Shown here one piece after another: positions 12,140-20,710 of a DNA stretch of 64,000 nucleotides. The stretch is taken from positions 2,424-66,423 of the forward strand of contig CANPTO010000009.1 in assembly GCA_947577025.1 (NCBI GenBank), written 5' to 3'. Source of the DNA: an uncultured Clostridiaceae bacterium (GTDB lineage: Bacteria; Bacillota; Clostridia; TANB77; CAG-508). The position numbers were made by a program, and so were the translations under genes. Every line of letters starts with the position of its first letter. Within the stretch, counting starts at the first letter, position 1. The notes under the pieces were generated by a model, which searched no databases, had not been told where the DNA came from, and saw nothing but the letters and a program-made list of their open reading frames with translations.

Positions 12140-12811
12140 ATGGAAAATGCATCAAAAGCCCTAATAATGGCAGGAAGTATTTTAATTGCAATAATAGTAA
12201 TTTCAGTACTAGTAATGGCATATGGAAACCTAACAGAAACGATGAACGCAAAAGATGATGAAGACGCTGTAGAGCAAGTAATGGAATTTAATAAACAATA
12301 TGACGTATACTATCGTGACAACCTATATGGAAGTGACATACTATCAATAACAAATAAAGTAGCAGATTACAACGAAAGGCAATCAAAAGAACAAGGCTAT
12401 GAAAAATTAGATATAGAAGTAAAATTTAAAACAGAAATAGACGGACCAGATAGAGAAAAAATAATAGACAAAACTATTACATATAAATCAGGAATGTTAA
12501 AAGAAAAAGTTCAAGATCTAGAAGGTACAATTAACTCATATAAATCTATAAGAAAAGGTAAACAAGAAGAAAAATTAGGAAAAACAATAGCAGCATTGTC
12601 AGGACTAAGAACAAATGAGCTAGAAAAACTATTTGACGAAAAAGATATGCAAGACGAGAGTAGAAAAGGTGAGATAAAAAGTGATATAAAAAAATATTTA
12701 AGCTATAATGCAGCACTAACAACACTAAAAAGTAGGAAATTTAAAGCTACAAAATTTGAATATGATGAAAAGACCAAAAGAATAAAAACAATGAAATTTA
12801 GTGAAATTTGA
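12140..12811 (+). CDS. Pilin-like protein (MENASKAL family)
   Basis: Conserved N-terminal hydrophobic helix and FN.QY motif shared with paralogs; Tad locus. Confidence 0.7.
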   Translation: MENASKALIMAGSILIAIIVISVLVMAYGNLTETMNAKDDEDAVEQVMEFNKQYDVYYRDNLYGSDILSITNKVADYNERQSKEQGYEKLDIEVKFKTEIDGPDREKIIDKTITYKSGMLKEKVQDLEGTINSYKSIRKGKQEEKLGKTIAALSGLRTNELEKLFDEKDMQDESRKGEIKSDIKKYLSYNAALTTLKSRKFKATKFEYDEKTKRIKTMKFSEI

Positions 12812-12906
12812 AATTAGAGGTTGAAAGTTAGAAGTTGGAATATAAGGTAAATTCTTCGAAGGAATTCCCTAAGCTTCCAACCTCCAACCTCAAACTTCCA
12901 ACATCC
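12809..12906. repeat. Repeat family D copy
   Basis: GAAAGTTAGAAGTTGGAA arm, GGTAAATTCTTCGAAGGAATTCCC core, CTTCCAACCTCCAACC arm. Confidence 0.8.
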
Positions 12907-12924
12907 ATTAAAGGAGGGAGAAAA

Positions 12925-13428
12925 ATGGAAAACGCCTCAAAAGCCCTAATAATGGCTGCAAGTATACTTCTAGGTCTAATGATAGTATCAGTTGGCACAG
13001 TACTATTTAACTCCTTCGGAGGTTTTAGTAAAAACATAACAGAAGAAATAGCCAAAAAGCAAATAGCAGAATTTAACGCACAATTTCAAAAATATGAAGG
13101 AAAAAAAATTACAACACATGACATAGTAACACTTGCAAACCTAGCACAAAAAAACAACAAAGAATATGAATTAGAAGAAAAGCAAAAAAGCAACAAAGAA
13201 GAAGAAAATACAAATTATGTACAAATACAACTAAGTGGAGAAGGTTCAGATCCAAAAAACAAAAATTTAGAAGGATGGGATGAAAATAAATTAACTCGTT
13301 TTATAGAGAATAATAACATGATAAAAAAAGACGATAATACACTAGAAGTAAAATACTATTATATATCCCAAATAGTAGTTAGCCCATTAACAGGAAGAGT
13401 AACATATGTAGAAATAAAGCCAATTTAG
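12925..13428 (+). CDS. Pilin-like protein (MENASKAL family)
   Basis: ATG 12925 after AAGGAGG; MENASKALIMAAS, FNAQF. Confidence 0.7.
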   Translation: MENASKALIMAASILLGLMIVSVGTVLFNSFGGFSKNITEEIAKKQIAEFNAQFQKYEGKKITTHDIVTLANLAQKNNKEYELEEKQKSNKEEENTNYVQIQLSGEGSDPKNKNLEGWDENKLTRFIENNNMIKKDDNTLEVKYYYISQIVVSPLTGRVTYVEIKPI

Positions 13429-13505
13429 CAAAAAAATACAAAAAAGTAATAATTTACATTTGCAAAAAGTAAATAATAATGTTATAATAAAGAGGAACAT
13501 GTAAA

Positions 13506-13934
13506 ATGAAAAAGTTTTTTACAATAATGGTTATTATAGTCCTAATAATAGTAGCAGTAGTAGCCTATAAATATAGTACATATAAAACAAACATACTAAG
13601 AGTGCAAAAGCTAAACAAAGAATATGAAACATACACCGAAGGCGAAATATTAGGAACATCACTAATAACAGTAATAAACAAAGCAATAGATAGCAACGAA
13701 AAAAATGAAATAAAAAAAGATGATAAAAACATGTACATAGAAAATGACACCACATCAATAAAAATAGAAATAAAATTTTTAGAAGCCGAAAACACATTTG
13801 AAATGGAAAGAATACAAAAACTAGGCTCAGAAGAATTCATAAAAAACTATGCAGTAATGAACTTCAAATGTACAAAAAAAGAATATCATCAAAAAACAAA
13901 TAGCATAAAATATATGTTATTTGAACAAGTATAG
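13506..13934 (+). CDS. Pilin-like membrane-anchored protein
   Basis: N-terminal TM; LNKEYETY...ILGTSLITVINKA resembles the paralog core. Confidence 0.6.
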   Translation: MKKFFTIMVIIVLIIVAVVAYKYSTYKTNILRVQKLNKEYETYTEGEILGTSLITVINKAIDSNEKNEIKKDDKNMYIENDTTSIKIEIKFLEAENTFEMERIQKLGSEEFIKNYAVMNFKCTKKEYHQKTNSIKYMLFEQV

Positions 13935-13950
13935 TTATTAATTTTTAATT

Positions 13951-14050
13951 GAGAAGTTAGAAGTTAGAAGTTAGAAGTTAGAATATAGGGTAAATACTTC
14001 GAAGAAATCACCCAAAATTCCAACCTCCAACCACCAACTTCCAACCTCTA
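13951..14050. repeat. Repeat family D copy with (GAAGTTA)4
   Basis: Tandem GAAGTTA, core GGGTAAATACTTCGAAGAAATCACCC, inverted CCAACCT arms. Confidence 0.85.
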
Positions 14051-14077
14051 ATATATAAAACAAAGGAGGAATTTATT

Positions 14078-14524
14078 ATGGAGAACGCATCAAAAGCATT
14101 AATTATAGCAGGTGCAATTTTATTATCAATATTAATTATAGGGTTAGGAATGATGGTATTTAACAATGCCAAAAACGCATTAACATCAGCAAACTTAGAC
14201 GCAGAACAAATAGACGCATTTAACTCAAAATTAGAAACATATATAGGAGATGACAAAAGAGGAACAGATGTAAGAACTTTATGTGATACTGTAAAATCTA
14301 GTAATGCATCAGCAGAAGAGGAAAATTTTGTAAAATTAATTTATACTGATGGGAGTAACAAAGAATTTACAAGTCAAAGTGATATATTGAACTTAAGAAA
14401 TGAGATAAAGAATGGAAAGCGTTATGATGTAAAAGCAAACTATAATAAAGATACTAAGCTAATAGATAAAATAACTATAAGTGATCCAATTACAACTAGT
14501 AAGCCTGAGACTCCAGAAGGATAA
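14078..14524 (+). CDS. Pilin-like protein (MENASKAL family)
   Basis: MENASKALIIAGAILLSIL, FNSKLETY. Confidence 0.7.
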   Translation: MENASKALIIAGAILLSILIIGLGMMVFNNAKNALTSANLDAEQIDAFNSKLETYIGDDKRGTDVRTLCDTVKSSNASAEEENFVKLIYTDGSNKEFTSQSDILNLRNEIKNGKRYDVKANYNKDTKLIDKITISDPITTSKPETPEG

Positions 14525-14530
14525 AAAGTT

Positions 14531-15283
14531 ATGGAAAATGCTACACACGCCTTAATGATGGCATTTGCAGTATTAATATTTGTAACAGCATTAACAATAT
14601 CAATGGTTTCATTAAATAGTGTAAAGAGGGTATCAGATGCCATACTTTACACTAAAGATGAAACCAACTATTATACATATACAGATGTTAAAGGCAAAGC
14701 CGCAGAAAATAGAATAGTAGGACTAGAAACAATAATACCAACCCTATACAAATATTATAAAGAAAACTATACAGTAGTATTTAGGCAAGCAAATTATAAT
14801 AAAGAAACAGGAGACTTTGTTTCAGGAACAATGGAATATCTACCAGTATATAAAGTGCCTTCAACGAGAAACTGGGAAAGTTCATATAAAGATTTAATGA
14901 AAAAGAAATACGGAAATAAAAATGGTATTGAATATAAAGAGAATAAAACCTTATCAGATGGAGAGATATTTTCATTTGATATAGATGAAGAAACTTTAAG
15001 GCATGAACCATGGACAGGAAGTGAAGACAAAGTACAAGAAAATATTAGATGTTTCTTAAATGGCACAATATATAATAATCCAAATAATAATTTAAAATAT
15101 AAAGATTATTCTGAATCACCACTACAACTAGGAGGATTCATAGGTAAATATGGAAATAGTAAATTTGTTGAAACAATAGAAGAATATAATTATAAATCAT
15201 CACAAGCTACAGATAGCACAATAGGTAGTTTAACAAAGGAAAAATTAAAAAGAATGATAGTATTTACACGTATATTAGAATAA
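14531..15283 (+). CDS. Pilin-like protein (MENATHAL variant)
   Basis: Related N-terminal helix, Tad locus. Confidence 0.65.
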   Translation: MENATHALMMAFAVLIFVTALTISMVSLNSVKRVSDAILYTKDETNYYTYTDVKGKAAENRIVGLETIIPTLYKYYKENYTVVFRQANYNKETGDFVSGTMEYLPVYKVPSTRNWESSYKDLMKKKYGNKNGIEYKENKTLSDGEIFSFDIDEETLRHEPWTGSEDKVQENIRCFLNGTIYNNPNNNLKYKDYSESPLQLGGFIGKYGNSKFVETIEEYNYKSSQATDSTIGSLTKEKLKRMIVFTRILE

Positions 15284-15304
15284 TAATAAAAAAGGAGGAA
15301 AGAG

Positions 15305-15832
15305 ATGGGAGATAGTTTAATAACAATTGTAGCAATATTTTTAGCAGCAGTATTAATGTTTGTATTTCCATTAATGGCAATGTCAGAAAGAACAGACGAT
15401 GTATCACAACTTGCAGTACAAACAGCAACAACAGACTTTGTAGACAATGTAAGGTCAACAGGAAAACTAACAATAGATGACTATGAAAAATACATGGAAA
15501 CTATAGCCTCAACAGGAAATTCCTTTGATGTAGATGTAGAAGTTCAAATATTAGACGAAAATCCTGGAGTTAAAACTACACAAGCAGAAATGACAAAAAT
15601 AGGGGAAAACTTATACTACAACTTATATACAAGCCAAGTATTAGAAAAATTAGAAGATGAGGGCAGAATAACCCTAAAAGAAGGAGATATGGTTTCAGCA
15701 ACAGTAAGAAACACAAACAGAACAATAGCACAAATACTAAAGAACTTCTTTTACCAAATAGCAGGAAATGACACATACCAAATAGCTGCACAAAATGCAG
15801 GAATAGTTAGTGTAAATGGAAGTAGAAAATAA
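15305..15832 (+). CDS. TadE-like pseudopilin
   Basis: N-terminal TM then soluble domain; RBS AGGAGG; locus context. Confidence 0.55.
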   Translation: MGDSLITIVAIFLAAVLMFVFPLMAMSERTDDVSQLAVQTATTDFVDNVRSTGKLTIDDYEKYMETIASTGNSFDVDVEVQILDENPGVKTTQAEMTKIGENLYYNLYTSQVLEKLEDEGRITLKEGDMVSATVRNTNRTIAQILKNFFYQIAGNDTYQIAAQNAGIVSVNGSRK

Positions 15833-15836
15833 ATAA

Positions 15837-15925
15837 TTAGAAGTCAGAGGTCAGTAGCAGAAGTCAGAATTTATATTTTGGACTTCTAACTAAAGACATC
15901 TGATTTTTTACATATCCAACCTCCA
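15837..15925. repeat. Repeat family D copy (degenerate)
   Basis: GAAGTCAGAGGTCAG...GAAGTCAG arm; ACTTCTAAC, CATCTGA, TCCAACCTCC arm. Confidence 0.65.
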
Positions 15926-15944
15926 TTAAGAAAGGAAAGCAAAA

Positions 15945-17738
15945 ATGAAACTACAACATTTAGCAATAATATTTATTATAATAATTTTGCCAATATCATT
16001 AGTAGTTGGCGAATATATACAAGCACAAATAGACACAATATATATGCAAACCCAGTATAGCAAAAAACTACAAGATGCAACATATGATGCAATGAAGGCA
16101 TTTCAATTAAATACAATAAACAACAAATACTCAAGTATAAGTGATTCAAAAATAAGAGATATAGAGGCCTCAATAAACACATTTTACAACTCATTAGGAA
16201 CAGCTATGGGAGCAAGTGGATATGATAAAGACACCCTAAAAGAATATATACCAGCAATAGTATATACAATGTATGATGGATATTATATATATGGAAAATA
16301 TTTTAATTATAACATTGGAGAAAATGGGGCTTATCAATATGGGTTAAAACCATATATATATTACTCATGTAGGTACAAAAAAGACTCTAATAACGACTTT
16401 ATAATAAATTACACATTAGATAATAGTATAACAATATATGGAAAAGTAAATGGTGAATATGTTACAAAATCAGGTTACCTAATAAATTATAATTTATTAA
16501 CAAAAGAACTAGATAATTTTATATATGAAGAAGGAAGTGCAAAAGAATATTATCCAATTAAAGTAAAATATGGTGATGATATATACATAGAAAAAGAAAT
16601 TTTAACAGAGCAATTAGTAACAATTAGTGACGATGGAAAAGTAAGTACACCAGTACGATACGAATATACAAATTACAAAAATCAAAAAATATATAAAGAA
16701 AATAACGAAAATAGATATTTTTACTACAAAAACAATAAAAAGGAATATGTATCAGATGAAGGAAAAGTATTAAAAGACTCAGAAGTAACAGAGCTAAGAT
16801 ATGCACAAACAATGACAAAAGATGGACATTTGTATGATAATAGTGCAGTAGAATACTATGTAAAAGCAAAAGAATTTAGTAAATGGATAGAAGATAGCAT
16901 AGGAAATATAACACAAAATGATGCCCTAGACTCAAATGGAAAACCAATAAAAGATTTTGCAGTAAATATAGGAGACAAAAAAATATTTGAATTTAATTCA
17001 GAGAATGACCCATTAGCAGAAGGCTCAACTTTTAATGAACATAGAATGAGTGTAATAAGAAAAACAATAGAAACAAACCTATTATCAGCAATAGCAAACT
17101 ACAATGCAGGCTCAAGCGGAACATATGAATTCCAAATGCCAATATTTACAGAAAGTGACTGGGCAAAACTATTAAACAACATATCAATATCAGTATACAT
17201 GCAAGGAATACCAACAAAATCGAAATTCTTTAATAACTATTGTATAATAACAAACAACAAAAACGAAGAAGTAGTAACAAATGACTCGATATATATGCTA
17301 ACAAAAGAAAAAGAAACAATAACAGCACATTTGCCAGGATGTAAATACCTAGTAGAAGAAGAAAACCAAAAAAAAATAATAGGAATAGTAGATAGTACAG
17401 AACAAAAAAAATTTGAAGCAGCAGGATATAACTTAGTAGACTTTGAAAGGCAAACAATAGTAGGAGACTACATACTAGAAGGAGGAGAAACACCAGAAAA
17501 TAGACAAATACACTACTATCCACAACCATACCAAAAATGTTACAGCTGTATAGTAAATGCCTCTGTGGCATATGAAACAGATAATATAATAACAGGAACC
17601 CTGATGCAATACAATAAAGAAACAGATAAATATGAAAAATTAAAAACAAATATAACAACACTAAGAACCAAATACCTAACAGTACTAGCAAGAGAAAGAT
17701 ACAATTTATATAGAACAAATACACAATTTAGGGAATAG
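15945..17738 (+). CDS. Large TadG-like or tip protein of the Tad locus
   Basis: N-terminal TM, large Tyr-rich extracellular region; last gene of locus. Confidence 0.55.
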   Translation: MKLQHLAIIFIIIILPISLVVGEYIQAQIDTIYMQTQYSKKLQDATYDAMKAFQLNTINNKYSSISDSKIRDIEASINTFYNSLGTAMGASGYDKDTLKEYIPAIVYTMYDGYYIYGKYFNYNIGENGAYQYGLKPYIYYSCRYKKDSNNDFIINYTLDNSITIYGKVNGEYVTKSGYLINYNLLTKELDNFIYEEGSAKEYYPIKVKYGDDIYIEKEILTEQLVTISDDGKVSTPVRYEYTNYKNQKIYKENNENRYFYYKNNKKEYVSDEGKVLKDSEVTELRYAQTMTKDGHLYDNSAVEYYVKAKEFSKWIEDSIGNITQNDALDSNGKPIKDFAVNIGDKKIFEFNSENDPLAEGSTFNEHRMSVIRKTIETNLLSAIANYNAGSSGTYEFQMPIFTESDWAKLLNNISISVYMQGIPTKSKFFNNYCIITNNKNEEVVTNDSIYMLTKEKETITAHLPGCKYLVEEENQKKIIGIVDSTEQKKFEAAGYNLVDFERQTIVGDYILEGGETPENRQIHYYPQPYQKCYSCIVNASVAYETDNIITGTLMQYNKETDKYEKLKTNITTLRTKYLTVLARERYNLYRTNTQFRE

Positions 17739-17797
17739 AAACATAAAATGTAGCATATATAGAAAATATATAAATACATAAAAAAGAAGGTAAAAGT

Positions 17798-18757
17798 ATG
17801 GAAAATAAAAAAGTAGTGGTATTAGGAGGAGGAACAGGCCTATCAACATTATTAAGAGGTCTAAAAAACTTCCCCTTAAAGATAACAGCAGTAGTATCAG
17901 TTTCAGACGATGGAAGAAGTACAGGAAGGCTAAGAAAAGAATTTAACATTCCAGCAGTAGGGGATGTAAGAAGAGTATTAGTATCACTTGCAGAAATAGA
18001 GCCACTAGTAGAAAAAGTATTAAACTACAGGTTTAACACTAAAAGTGAATTAAATGGTCACACAGTAGGGAATTTACTATTAACAGCAATGACAAACATA
18101 ACAGGAAATATGTCAGATGGAATAGAGCAGATAGGAAAGGTATTAAACTTGAAAGGAAAAGTATTGCCACTAACAGAAGATAATGTAACACTAATGGGGA
18201 AAATGGAAGATGGCAGTATGATAGAAGGAGAGCATAATATAACAGAAGCAGGAAAAAGAATAAAAGATGTATACTATAAAGAAAAGCCAGTAATATGTGA
18301 AAGTGTAATAAATGAACTAAAAGAGGCAGAACTAATAGTATTTAGTATGGGAAGCTTATATACAAGTGTAATACCAAATTTAATAAGTAAAGACGTCATA
18401 AAAGCAATAGATGAATCAAATGCGAAACTAATGTATACCTGTAATATGATGACACAGCCAGGAGAAACAGAAGGATACACAATATCAGACCACATAGAAG
18501 TATTAAACAAATACTTAGGAAACAAAAAAATAAATGCAGTAGTAGTAAATAGCGGAAAAATAGATAAAGAAATAATAGAAAAATATTCAAGTCTAGAGCA
18601 AAAGGACCCAATAAACTTAACAGAAGAGCAAAAAGAAAAGCTCAAAAAAATGGATGTAGAAATAATAAAAAATAACTATGTAATAGTAGAAGATGAATTA
18701 ATAAGACACAATTCAATAAAACTAGCTACAGACATCTTTACATATTTAATGAGATAG
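17798..18757 (+). CDS. yvcK: YvcK/GlmR (UPF0052) UDP-GlcNAc-binding protein
   Basis: VVLGGGTGLS, DDGRSTG.LR, GHTVGNL, GSLYTSVIPNL. Confidence 0.93.
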   Translation: MENKKVVVLGGGTGLSTLLRGLKNFPLKITAVVSVSDDGRSTGRLRKEFNIPAVGDVRRVLVSLAEIEPLVEKVLNYRFNTKSELNGHTVGNLLLTAMTNITGNMSDGIEQIGKVLNLKGKVLPLTEDNVTLMGKMEDGSMIEGEHNITEAGKRIKDVYYKEKPVICESVINELKEAELIVFSMGSLYTSVIPNLISKDVIKAIDESNAKLMYTCNMMTQPGETEGYTISDHIEVLNKYLGNKKINAVVVNSGKIDKEIIEKYSSLEQKDPINLTEEQKEKLKKMDVEIIKNNYVIVEDELIRHNSIKLATDIFTYLMR

Positions 18758-18788
18758 TTACATTTCTACTTTGTGACATATCAAATAG

Positions 18789-18905
18789 AAAACAAGAATA
18801 ATATTTTCTAAGCTCATTCTTCGCTAAGAAAATCTAATTCTTCCATAACTATATTCTTAGGAAACTCACCACTTACGTGGATGACTTTCCTAAGAATATA
18901 AAAAA
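18789..18905. repeat. Repeat family A copy (internally deleted relative to 40-254)
   Basis: Three blocks shared in the same order with 40-254. Confidence 0.85.
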
Positions 18906-18969
18906 CAGAACTGTATATGTACAATAAATAACAGTTCTGTTTTTCATAAGTAGTATAATTTATAAATTA

Positions 18970-19308
18970 TTATGAAATTTTCTTAAGAATATGCTCTATT
19001 TGATTTCTAATGCTATTTTCTATAATTTTACAACCTATTTTTAATTGTAAAGCTAAAACTTCATCTGAAGAAAGAGAAGATAAGTCATTTTGATAATTTA
19101 CAATTAGTTCTTCACGAGAGTATGAAACAGATGTAGGTTTTAAGAAAGAAAAATCAATAGAAAGTTTAGTATAATGAAATTCATGAGCCTCAAATACCAA
19201 AAGAATAACTTCTTCAGAAGACTTCTTTATTAAAGCAGCTACTGGTCTGTCATACCCAATATTATCCAATAAATATTTCCATTCTAATTCAATTTGCTTA
19301 TCTAACAT
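18970..19308 (-). CDS. Hypothetical protein (orphan)
   Basis: 112-aa ORF, AAGGAGGT RBS, TTGACT upstream, hairpin at 18900-18945 downstream. Confidence 0.65.
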   Translation of the reverse strand: MLDKQIELEWKYLLDNIGYDRPVAALIKKSSEEVILLVFEAHEFHYTKLSIDFSFLKPTSVSYSREELIVNYQNDLSSLSSDEVLALQLKIGCKIIENSIRNQIEHILKKIS

Positions 19309-19445
19309 AATAAATACCTCCTTACAATTGTAACATGATACACAAAACGGATAACATAATTAGTATACATTAAATAATTCTAAAAGTCAAGAAGCAAAAC
19401 ATAGAAAAATGTCGAAAACTTATTTGTGAAAAATAAAAAAATGTA

Positions 19446-19474
19446 TTGACATAAAATTATGATAAAGATATAAT
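19446..19474 (+). promoter_or_regulatory. SigA-type promoter of the TA pair
   Basis: TTGACA-17nt-TATAAT. Confidence 0.8.
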
Positions 19475-19521
19475 AATAATGGAAAAGGGAAATATTAAGT
19501 ATGAAATAATGGAGGTATGGT

Positions 19522-19680
19522 ATGATAAAATTTAGTGAAGAAGAAATGAAAGAAATTGATGAAGAACTAAGAATAGCAGAGGAATGGCAATTAAAAAATG
19601 GAGATAAATGCTATAGTATGGAAGAAGTATGGAAAATGGCTCACAAAGCATTGGGAGAAATTAAATATATACAAAATTAA
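19522..19680 (+). CDS. Small acidic putative antitoxin (52 aa, not in ORF track)
   Basis: RBS GGAGGT; MIKFSEEEMKEIDEELRIAEEWQLKNGDKCYSMEEV; overlaps downstream RelE/ParE gene. Confidence 0.7.
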   Translation: MIKFSEEEMKEIDEELRIAEEWQLKNGDKCYSMEEVWKMAHKALGEIKYIQN

Positions 19681-19948
19681 ATATTCAAAAAGAGCATACT
19701 ATAATATTGTAAATACAGCTACATATATATACTATAAGCTGTACAATCCGCAAGCTGCTAAAAGATTTATCGATAATATCTTAATTAAAATTTCCACATT
19801 ACAATATCTCCCATATAGAGGTAGTATTTATAAAAATAATCAAGAAAGATTTATAATCTATAAAAACTTTTTAATCTTTTATGAAATCCAAGAACAAGAA
19901 AAAATAGTAAAAATAAAAACAGTAATGCATAGAAAGAGGAGTTATTAA
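19667..19948 (+). CDS. RelE/ParE family toxin (start uncertain)
   Basis: YKIKYSKRA...NPQAAKRF...LPYRG...FLIFYEI.E..V.I pattern; likely start codon reads ATA. Confidence 0.7.
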   Translation: MYKIKYSKRAYYNIVNTATYIYYKLYNPQAAKRFIDNILIKISTLQYLPYRGSIYKNNQERFIIYKNFLIFYEIQEQEKIVKIKTVMHRKRSY

Positions 19949-20021
19949 TTATGCCTGAAAATATAAAAAGTAACCAAAAAGAAAGAACTAAAATATAATA
20001 TCATAGGAGGCGAAAGTTTTT

Positions 20022-20375
20022 ATGGGAGAATTTATATTAAATGCTATATTATGGACACTTGCATTATATGGAGCTTTTGAAATTATAAAAACAATAATAA
20101 ATATATATACATATACAAATTTAAAATCAGACGGTATATACGTAATAATTGCCGTAAAGAACCAAGAAAACAAAATAGAGGGCTTCTTAAGAAACTTTCT
20201 ATTTAGAATAATATATGGAAAAGAAGAAAGCATAAAAGACATAATAATAGCAGACTTAGATTCAACAGATGAGACGGTAGAGATATTAAATAAATTAGCA
20301 AATGATTATGAGGGGTTAAAAGTTACTAATTGGAGGGAGTGTAAAGAGGTTATAGAGAGTATTAAGAATGTGTAA
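20022..20375 (+). CDS. Small membrane-anchored protein with a GT2-like fragment
   Basis: VIIAVKNQENKIE...IIIADLDSTDET. Confidence 0.65.
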   Translation: MGEFILNAILWTLALYGAFEIIKTIINIYTYTNLKSDGIYVIIAVKNQENKIEGFLRNFLFRIIYGKEESIKDIIIADLDSTDETVEILNKLANDYEGLKVTNWRECKEVIESIKNV

Positions 20376-20424
20376 GTTCCAATTGGGGACGTTTCCTAAT
20401 GGGAAATCTGTCACTTTTGGGAAC
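20376..20424. repeat. Repeat family B (CGTC-type), single arm
   Basis: ATTGGGGACGTTTCCTAATGGGAAATCTGTCACTTTTGGGAA, also at 27603, 38786 and inverted at 39022. Confidence 0.85.
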
Positions 20425-20710
20425 ATCAGGGGAATATGGTAACTATTCAAATGTGAAATATTATCTACCATAAACGCAAAATATTTTTATAAAAATTTTT
20501 GCTTTGTAATTATTGGTATAAGCTAACCTGAAAGCATTTTGTATCTAAAACTATTATCCTGTAACAAATATGTTATAAAACTTAAAAGAAAGGTTGTAAC
20601 TGATTTCATTTTTTGATATACTTAGAGGAAGATAAGACTATATAGTGAATAATGAATAATGAATAGTTAATAGTACAAATTTTTAGAATTTGAAGAAAAG
20701 AGGACGTTTT

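Noticed and set aside
12038-14050. CRISPR array
   Set aside because: Repeats are degenerate heptamers and dispersed hairpins, with no constant repeat-spacer period and no cas genes.
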